The position numbers and the translations under genes were made by a program. Source: Candidatus Multivoradales bacterium (GTDB lineage Bacteria; Acidobacteriota; Thermoanaerobaculia; Multivoradales; J023). Taken from it: DNA of 64,000 nucleotides. Where the stretch lies: contig CBDFLE010000006.1 of NCBI GenBank assembly GCA_965248925.1, positions 1,248,001 through 1,312,000 on the forward strand, given 5' to 3'. Position 1 is the stretch's first letter, and the number at the start of each line of letters is the position of its first letter. The notes beneath the pieces were generated by a model. It ran no database searches, was not told the DNA's origin, and saw only the letters and a program-made list of their open reading frames with translations. Below, piece by piece: positions 57,554 through 64,000 of the stretch.

Positions 57554-60271
57554 ATGACTGCCTTCTTCAACCTGCTGATCCTCTTCTGCTGCTCCGAGCC
57601 ACCGCCGTGGCCGCCGCAGGTGGTCGATCAAGCCGGCATGCCGATCTCAGGCGCGGCGGTGGAGGTCATCGAAGTCGCCGAGCAGGTGGATAGCTGGCGC
57701 GTGCTGATGCCTGCTTTCATGTACACCACCACCGATGCCATGGGTCGCGTTACCGGGCTGCCGGCATCGGGCCTGCTGGAGCTGCGCATCGATCACCCCG
57801 ACTTTGCCCCCTGGGTCGAGCTGGTCGACGACAGCCCGCAGCGCTGGGTGGTTCTGCAAGCCGGGCGGCGCTGGCCAGGACGAGTCGGGGTAGCCGGAGA
57901 GAATCCATCATTTATAGGTAAGGCGTGTGCATCTTGGAACACACCGGCGCCGCGAGGCGAGCACTTCAGCCACTCCTGGACACGCTGTGCGACACTAGAG
58001 CAGGATGGGTCGTTCGAACTCCGAGGCCTGGACTTGACAACCTTTCAACTGAGAGTCTCAGCACCCGGCTTCTTGCCCCTCCGGCGCACCGTACAGGGCG
58101 AGATGCACCAAGCGTTGTTGCTCGAACGCGGAATCTTGATCAACGGTCGCACGATCGCCGCGACCGGCGGCAAACCGCTGGCGGAGGTCGAGGTCCGCAA
58201 CGCGGCCGGCGGTCGCGTCTTGACCGACCAAGAAGGGTATTTCGCGCTGCCAGTGGCCAGCCTGCCCACCCAGCTGCGAGCCAGCGCCACCGGCTTTCGC
58301 GCTCAGACCCATGAACTGCTCGCGGACTCGGCGGCGCAAGCTCAAGTTGTTCGGCTACAGCGGGGCGAGCAGCTGACCTGCCTGGTGCTCGCGGCGGACG
58401 GCACGCCGATCGAGCGGCTGATCGCCTGGGTGACTCGCTTTCGAGACGATGGCGAAAGCACCTCACAACAGCGGCATCAAGAAACCGAAGAGGGACGCTT
58501 GACTCTCGATCTCGATGGGGCGGGGCACTATTCGCTGCGCCTGCTGGCCGCTGGTTACCGTGAGGTGACCCTGAATCAGCCGTGGATTGCGACGGGCTCC
58601 AGCGTCGATCTTGGCACCATCGTCCTCGACCGCGGCGCCGGCCTCAGCGCCCTACTGGCCGACGCCAGAGATGGCGAACCTGTGGTCGGAGCGCGAGCGG
58701 AGATCCTCCCCATCGGCGCCGCGTTGCTCGACGCTCTGCGCTTGCGTCACGTCGACCACGCGGTCAGCGACCGGCAAGGGCACCTCGACATCGGTGGGCT
58801 CGAAGCCGGCAGGTATCAACTGCGAATCAAGCGCCAGGGCTTCGCTGAACTAACCCTGCCCTTAGCGCTGGAGGAGAGCGTGATCAAGGATCTGGGTCGC
58901 CTGTGGATGGATACCGGGACCACTATCCACGGCCTGGTGAGCCGCCGAGACGAGCAGCCGGTGGGCGGTGCCCTCATTGAGATTTTTGATTCCGTGGCAG
59001 ACGCGGTGGTACCCATCCTCGAGCACCTCACTGACCAGGAGGGCCGCTTCGGCGGCTCCAGTCTCGCCGCTGGCGACTACCGGGTAAAGATCACGAAAGG
59101 CAGATTACTGCTGGCGCAAGAGATCCACATTACCGCGGGGACGAGCGAGCAAGAGCTGACCTTCCAAGTCAGCGGCACCCAGGTGAACGGCCGGGTGAGT
59201 CGCCGGGGCGAGCCGGTCAGCAGAGGATTGATTACCCTGCGACCGGTCATCGACCCCAGTGAGCAGTTGGGGAAGCACTTCCTGAATGTGAAAGGCGCCG
59301 GGGAGATCTCGGTGGGGGTGCCAGATTCCTCACCGATCGCCGATGTCCTGGCCGACGGCACCTTTCATATTGCCGATATCCAACCTGGGTGGTGGCTGTT
59401 CAGTTTCTTTGGCATCGACGCCGGTAGTGTCTCTCGACGCGTTCTGGTTCAAGACCGGGACAGTGTCCAGATCCATCTCGAATTGGCTGGTGCGGCCCTC
59501 GTTGGAACCGTGACCAGTTCGGCGACCGGATTGGGCTTGGAGGCTTCGGTCCGGCTACTTGATGATTTTGGCAAGTTGATCAGCCAGCTGAGTTCCGACT
59601 ATGAGGGGAGCTTCGTTTTTCAACACCTACAGCCCGGCACCTATGCCCTCGAAGCGTTCGCGCCAGGGTTTGCAGCCCAGGTGACCAAGGGGGTCATGGT
59701 CAAACAAGGCGGCGCACCCGTGCAGCTAGTACTGGCAGCTGGAGGAGGGGGAGAGGTGCAAGTCGTCCTGCGGCGCGGAGCAGGCCTGTCGGCGGCTTCC
59801 GTACCCATCTCGCTGCTCCGTGCCAGCGGCCCGTTAGCCCAGGCAGGACTCAGCGATGCACAAGGAAAGCGTCGCTTTCGCAACGTGCCGGCGGGTACTT
59901 ATGCCATGGCTTGGTCAGACTCGGTAGGGGGTGCCGGTGCTTCGCCCTTTTTCGCCGTCGGCGAGGCTCGCGAGCCGATCCGCCTGGCCTTTGAACTGCG
60001 GCCGAGCAGCGTTTTGCGGCTTGATTGCAAGCCGAGTCTCTGTGGCGGGCGGCGGCTCGACCTCCTCACCCTGCACACCAGCGATGGAGTGGACCTCGCT
60101 CCCTTTCTCTCCGCCGCCTCTTTGCAGTTGAGATTCTCTGCTGACGGCGCCCTTACCCTTGGCCGCCTGGCCCCAGGTACCTACCGCCTCAGCACCGTCC
60201 TCGATTCTGGCGAGCTCTGGCAGGAGGTGTTTCACACCGGCGGACCGGTGACCACGGTACGCCTACCTTGA
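57554..60271 (+). CDS. Carboxypeptidase-regulatory-like repeat protein
   Basis: Repeated GxPxxGAxV...TDxxGxF...LxxGxY units. Confidence 0.85.
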   Translation: MTAFFNLLILFCCSEPPPWPPQVVDQAGMPISGAAVEVIEVAEQVDSWRVLMPAFMYTTTDAMGRVTGLPASGLLELRIDHPDFAPWVELVDDSPQRWVVLQAGRRWPGRVGVAGENPSFIGKACASWNTPAPRGEHFSHSWTRCATLEQDGSFELRGLDLTTFQLRVSAPGFLPLRRTVQGEMHQALLLERGILINGRTIAATGGKPLAEVEVRNAAGGRVLTDQEGYFALPVASLPTQLRASATGFRAQTHELLADSAAQAQVVRLQRGEQLTCLVLAADGTPIERLIAWVTRFRDDGESTSQQRHQETEEGRLTLDLDGAGHYSLRLLAAGYREVTLNQPWIATGSSVDLGTIVLDRGAGLSALLADARDGEPVVGARAEILPIGAALLDALRLRHVDHAVSDRQGHLDIGGLEAGRYQLRIKRQGFAELTLPLALEESVIKDLGRLWMDTGTTIHGLVSRRDEQPVGGALIEIFDSVADAVVPILEHLTDQEGRFGGSSLAAGDYRVKITKGRLLLAQEIHITAGTSEQELTFQVSGTQVNGRVSRRGEPVSRGLITLRPVIDPSEQLGKHFLNVKGAGEISVGVPDSSPIADVLADGTFHIADIQPGWWLFSFFGIDAGSVSRRVLVQDRDSVQIHLELAGAALVGTVTSSATGLGLEASVRLLDDFGKLISQLSSDYEGSFVFQHLQPGTYALEAFAPGFAAQVTKGVMVKQGGAPVQLVLAAGGGGEVQVVLRRGAGLSAASVPISLLRASGPLAQAGLSDAQGKRRFRNVPAGTYAMAWSDSVGGAGASPFFAVGEAREPIRLAFELRPSSVLRLDCKPSLCGGRRLDLLTLHTSDGVDLAPFLSAASLQLRFSADGALTLGRLAPGTYRLSTVLDSGELWQEVFHTGGPVTTVRLP

Positions 60272-60335
60272 TCCCTGTTGACCACTGATCTCCGCCGCCT
60301 CTCACCTGGCTGGTGCTGGTTGTAGACTAGCGGCA

Positions 60336-60570
60336 ATGTCGACAACCAACGCCGAGACTCCGGCGCCGATCCCAACTTGCGCCAACTGCGATGCCCCTCG
60401 CCAGGGCAACTTCTGTGCCAGCTGTGGCCAGCGACATCGCGCCCACCGCCTGAGCTTACGCATGCTGGGCGCCCAGCTAGTCGAGGTGATTCTCGACCTC
60501 GAAAGCGGCCTGCTGCTGACCCTGCGAGAGATGCTGCTCGACCCCAGCGGCCTGATCTTGCGCTACTCTA
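60336..60570 (+). pseudogene. Truncated DUF3667-like protein
   Basis: CANC...GNFCASCGQ zinc ribbon and LLLTLREMLLDP, cut off by the IS701 remnant. Confidence 0.7.
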
Positions 60571-60955
60571 TTGGCGGCTTGCCCTGATCCAGCGTCAGCG
60601 CTACTGGATCGAGCGCACTTTTCAAGACGCCAAGAGAGAGGCCGGAATGGCCGAGTACCAGGCCCGCAGTTGGAAGGCTTGGCATCACCACATGGCGCTG
60701 GTCATGATGGCCCTGCTCTTTCTCCTTCAACAACGCCAGAAACATCAATCGACCCACCCTTTGCTCAGCTGTACTGACCTCAAGATCTTGTTGGCCAAGG
60801 TCCTACCAAGACGGGATGTTGGCCTTGATGAAGTGCTACATCTCATGGAATAACGACATCAGCGACGACAGGCCGCTACTAGGTCCGCTTACCAGAAACG
60901 ACGGGCGCGAGACGGGATATTTCCCGGCTCTGGGAATCTGACAAAGTAGAGTTAG
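60571..60955 (+). mobile_element. IS701-family transposase C-terminal remnant with right end
   Basis: RYWIERTFQDAK...EYQARSWKAWHHHMALVMMA, internal TAA at 60851, ends AATCTGACAAAGTAGAGTTAG. Confidence 0.8.
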
Positions 60956-60956
60956 C

Positions 60957-61470
60957 TACATCGATACTCCGGAGCAAGCCGGGCCGGCGCTGCTGCACAA
61001 TCTGCGCAGTGAGGGAAATGATCGGGCGGCGATCAGCCGCGAGTTCAACGCCAATACCCATCTGCTGCCACCGCGCAAGAACGGCAACCTGCTCTACCAC
61101 GAGGTGCTCAGCTTCGCCGCTGAGGATCGAAAAGTCGTCACCCCAGCCGTCCTCGAGGATCTGACCCGCCGTTACCTGGAGCTGCGCGCTCCCTATGCTC
61201 TCGCCTACGCCAAGGCTCACTTCGATACCGACTGCCCGCACGTCCACCTGCTGATCTCCGCCAACGAGGTCGGCAGCCACCGCCGGTTCCGGCTCTCCAA
61301 GTCCCGTTTCCGGACGATTCAGAAGCAGCTGGAGCAAGCCCAGCGCCAGCTCTACCCGCAGCTCCAACACTCGCTAGCTCAAGAGCGTCGGTCGAAACCG
61401 CAGCACACCAGAGCGGAGCAGGAGCGACAAAGACGCCTCGCACCATCTGGTGCGGGGCACAGCGGTGAGG
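60957..61470 (+). pseudogene. Relaxase/mobilisation nuclease (MobA/VirD2-like) fragment
   Basis: YID (motif I Tyr), LYHEVLSF and HFDTDCPHVHLLI. Start removed by IS701, C-terminus missing. Confidence 0.8.
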
Positions 61471-61537
61471 GAAAGAAGTCGCGGGAACCGTCCGCTACCG
61501 CGTTGCCCTCGTCCTCGCTGAAGAAGGACGCGGCCCG

Positions 61538-61921
61538 GTGCATCGCCTCGATGATCCCGTGGTCGCCGCCGACTTCTTTGCCCGTCAGCTCGAGGATCGA
61601 GCGCAGGAAGAACTCCTGGCGATCTTCGTTGACGCCCAGTTCGGCCTGATCGGCTGGCAACACGCCTTTATTGGCACCCTGACCAAGGACGTCTTCGATG
61701 CCAGGCCAATCCTGCAAGCAGCGCTGCTCTGCAACGCCGCCGGCTTCATTGTCGGCCACAATCACCCTTCGACAGGTGATCCGCTGCCCTCAGCAGACGA
61801 TCTTCGCGCGACCGAACGCCTGGTGAAGGCCGGTGAAGCGGTCGGCATTCAGCTGCTCGACCACATCATCGTTGGGGAAAGAGGCCGGTGGGTGGCGCTG
61901 CGGAGGAGGGGTGGGTGGTGA
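61538..61921 (+). CDS. radC: RadC-like JAB domain protein (possibly 5'-truncated)
   Basis: QEE, HNHPSTGDPLPSADD and LLDHIIVG motifs. Confidence 0.85.
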   Translation: MHRLDDPVVAADFFARQLEDRAQEELLAIFVDAQFGLIGWQHAFIGTLTKDVFDARPILQAALLCNAAGFIVGHNHPSTGDPLPSADDLRATERLVKAGEAVGIQLLDHIIVGERGRWVALRRRGGW

Positions 61922-62028
61922 GGATCCGAAGGCTCGAATGATCGCGGCTAGATCCTAAGATCTTCTCTAGAGGAACGCGGCGTGGGAGCCGCTCCACAAC
62001 ATAATGGTGGGATACAAGTCCATGCCGG

Positions 62029-62063
62029 AGTCTCCTTGTCGAAGGCGACTTGACAAGGAGACT
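62029..62063. repeat. Perfect 12-bp inverted repeat
   Basis: AGTCTCCTTGTC-N11-GACAAGGAGACT, overlapping TTGACA at 62050. Confidence 0.8.
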
Positions 62064-62238
62064 GGGTACGGTAAATGAGGTATTTGCCAGCAAACTTTTT
62101 TCTCTGGTAGCCTTCTCGAGAAGCAGCCTGACGATGTTCGCGAATGCTTGAAGCGAGGCGTTCGAGAGATGCGGTCTTGGGAAGGTGTTCTGGTGGATCG
62201 GCCCAGCACGCCAAGGGAGGATAGGACGGTGCAGGGCT

Positions 62239-62766
62239 ATGAAGATTCCTAAAGAGCTGCGTTTTCGATTGGCGGCGATAGATCTAGACCAGATCTATCG
62301 CCTGGTCCTGGCTGCGGTGGAGCTATCGCACCGGAGCCCGAGTCCTCAAGAGCTGGCGAAGCTCAAACCTACTGAAACCAAAGTCCTGCTGCGCGAGGCA
62401 CAGGCGGGCCGGCAGGATCTTGCGACGGCGGTCCTGGCCCTCAGCCGTCTTCGCGCGCAGCTCCAACGCTACGCACTGGAAGTTGTCCTAGACAGTCCGG
62501 ACGATTCTGACAGTGAGAGCACAGCTACCCGACTTGCCCTGTGGCATCAGATGCGTGGCGTGATTAGGGATCTGGGGCATCTGATCGAGCGACTCCAAAA
62601 ATCGACCCGAGGATTCCGCGCCACACCTTTGAGAACAAGTTTACAGGTACTCAGGAGGCGAGTTGGCCCTGCCGCGAGGGGCTTCAGGCTGCTCCCCAAG
62701 AAAGAGGCCCAAGCGAAACGCGACAGGATCCGGATTGGGGAGCAGGGAACGAGGCGTAGCGCCTAG
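62239..62766 (+). CDS. Hypothetical helical protein
   Basis: Open frame from MKIPKELRF; no recognised motif. Confidence 0.5.
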   Translation: MKIPKELRFRLAAIDLDQIYRLVLAAVELSHRSPSPQELAKLKPTETKVLLREAQAGRQDLATAVLALSRLRAQLQRYALEVVLDSPDDSDSESTATRLALWHQMRGVIRDLGHLIERLQKSTRGFRATPLRTSLQVLRRRVGPAARGFRLLPKKEAQAKRDRIRIGEQGTRRSA

Positions 62767-62820
62767 AAGACATCCGGCAGGTCAAACGGGCAGACTCTGA
62801 GATTGCGAGGGAAGGGCCGA

Positions 62821-63086
62821 ATGGCACAGACGAAAGCAGTGATGACAGCAGATGGCAGGAGGCCGATCAATGAGTTCCTGTCTTTGTTCCTGGACACCAA
62901 GCCTAGTGAGCGATCTAGCGTTTTCCTGTCGGTCCGCGAAGCGGCTGATCTGGCGGCAGTGAATCCGCGCACGATCCACCGCTGGGTGAGTCTGGTCAAG
63001 TCCGAGCTCTCCGCCTGGGCCGCCGGTTGTGGGTCCTGCGTGCCAGCTTTGTCGAGCTACTTGTTTCCGTCACCTGGGAAAGTTGA
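62821..63086 (+). pseudogene. Excisionase/BldC-like HTH_17 protein with a frameshift
   Basis: LSVREAADLAAVNPRTIHRWV continues in a shifted frame as ESGQVRALRLGRRLWVLRASFVELL; a single base appears to be missing near 62988. Confidence 0.7.
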
Positions 63087-63123
63087 CTTTGCAGTTGTCT
63101 CCGGACAGGCAGAAGGCGCGTTG

Positions 63124-63168
63124 GCGACGTTCGCGGCTGCTGCGACAATTGCGACATTCGCGGTTGAG
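63124..63168 (+). repeat. Five degenerate 9-bp tandem repeats
   Basis: GCGACGTTC GCGGCTGCT GCGACAATT GCGACATTC GCGGTTGAG. Confidence 0.6.
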
Positions 63169-63269
63169 AACCCAGTTGGACACATAGAAACTCAGCGGCG
63201 CAAGGCTTTAGTTTGATTATTAGTACTGCATTCCCTGGGCGTTCTGCGCGCAGGCCGGGAGGTGAGGAC

Positions 63270-64000
63270 GTGAGGTTCAACGGGACCTGGTTGGCTGCTC
63301 TTTTTGTGATGCTTTCAACGCCGATGGCTCTGGCACAGACCATCGACGGTACTGTCTTTCGGGACTATGACGCCGACGGCGTGAACGACATTTCGGAGCC
63401 GGGTGTAGGCGGCATCACGGTCGACGTGTTTGATGGTACTGGCGCCAGCGCCGGGTCCGCAACGACTCTCCCCAACGGAACATATTCGGCGGCATTGACC
63501 GTCGGTGCGGGCACGGATATCCGCGTCGAGTTCTCAAGCCTGCCTGCTTTCCTGCAGCCGGGGCCCTTCGGATCTGCTTCGGGAACTACGGTTATTTTTG
63601 CCCAAAGTGGCGACTCTGGCATCGACGTGGGTCTCAATAACCCTGGAGAACATTGCGAGTCTTCAACGGTGGATGTAGCTACGCCCTGTTTTCTGTACGG
63701 CGACCAGTTAACAGGACCCTTTGCGGCAGGCGACGCTTTGGTCGCTCTCGCTGAGACAGCAAGCGGCAATTCGCCGCCCAAGACCCTGCAGCTCCCTGCT
63801 CAGGATATCGGTGCTGTCTGGGGCTTGGCGTATCGGCGCCAAACCAACGTGTTGTACAGCGGCGCGTTCATCAAACGCCATGTCGGACTGGGCCCGATTG
63901 AGAATCCAACGACGATCTATGTGACTGACCTGGACACCAATGTCACCAGCGAATGGCTGACTTTGGATGCAGCACGATCAGATCCTCATCCCAACGCGAC
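63270..64000 (+). CDS. SdrD B-like domain surface protein; runs off the right edge
   Basis: GGAGG RBS, GTG start, signal peptide (ALA-Q), IDGTVFRDYDADGVND...EPGVGGITV, and IGAVWGLAY...AFIKRHVGLGP. Confidence 0.85.
   Translation, partial: MRFNGTWLAALFVMLSTPMALAQTIDGTVFRDYDADGVNDISEPGVGGITVDVFDGTGASAGSATTLPNGTYSAALTVGAGTDIRVEFSSLPAFLQPGPFGSASGTTVIFAQSGDSGIDVGLNNPGEHCESSTVDVATPCFLYGDQLTGPFAAGDALVALAETASGNSPPKTLQLPAQDIGAVWGLAYRRQTNVLYSGAFIKRHVGLGPIENPTTIYVTDLDTNVTSEWLTLDAARSDPHPNA

Overview
High-GC bacterial DNA. The gene content (TPR-CHAT proteases, a TIGR02999 ECF sigma plus Ser/Thr kinase, and a 'DTGYFxF...NVExxVKVxDxC' C-terminal domain) suggests Acidobacteriota/Thermoanaerobaculia; this is inference. 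All family calls come from motif recognition by eye and no database search was run. The left flank holds a transglutaminase/DUF58 pair and a POTRA/beta-barrel, DUF4390-like, NtrY-like kinase, NtrX-like sigma54 regulator operon. The 3' 1,074 bp of that regulator region (7317-8390) recurs almost identically at 40805-41878 and brackets a ~32.4 kb integrase-free island. The island carries four modules. (i) Four small membrane-protein genes. (ii) A putative proteolytic signalling cassette: a divergent PPC protein, a sigma-like protein, an anti-sigma-like membrane protein, a lipoprotein PPC-TPR-CHAT-C25 dual protease, a degenerate STAND/helical-repeat protein and a second CHAT protein. (iii) A convergent 7-gene operon co-encoding a vWA-like lipoprotein, a tubulin/FtsZ-like GTPase (broken by IS3 and IS1182/IS5-like insertions) and an actin/Hsp70-fold ATPase. 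(iv) An ECF sigma and a kinase-TPR. To the right lie tandem ppk2 genes, an antitoxin/nucleotidyltransferase/nuclease-like-STAND operon, argR-argG-argH, an OmpR two-component system with a divergent His-rich EF-hand protein, a 6-Cys secreted peptide/beta-propeller/carboxypeptidase-regulatory triad, decayed mobile remnants (IS701, relaxase, RadC/JAB, HTH_17) and the start of an SdrD-B-like surface protein. No rRNA, tRNA or CRISPR array was seen.
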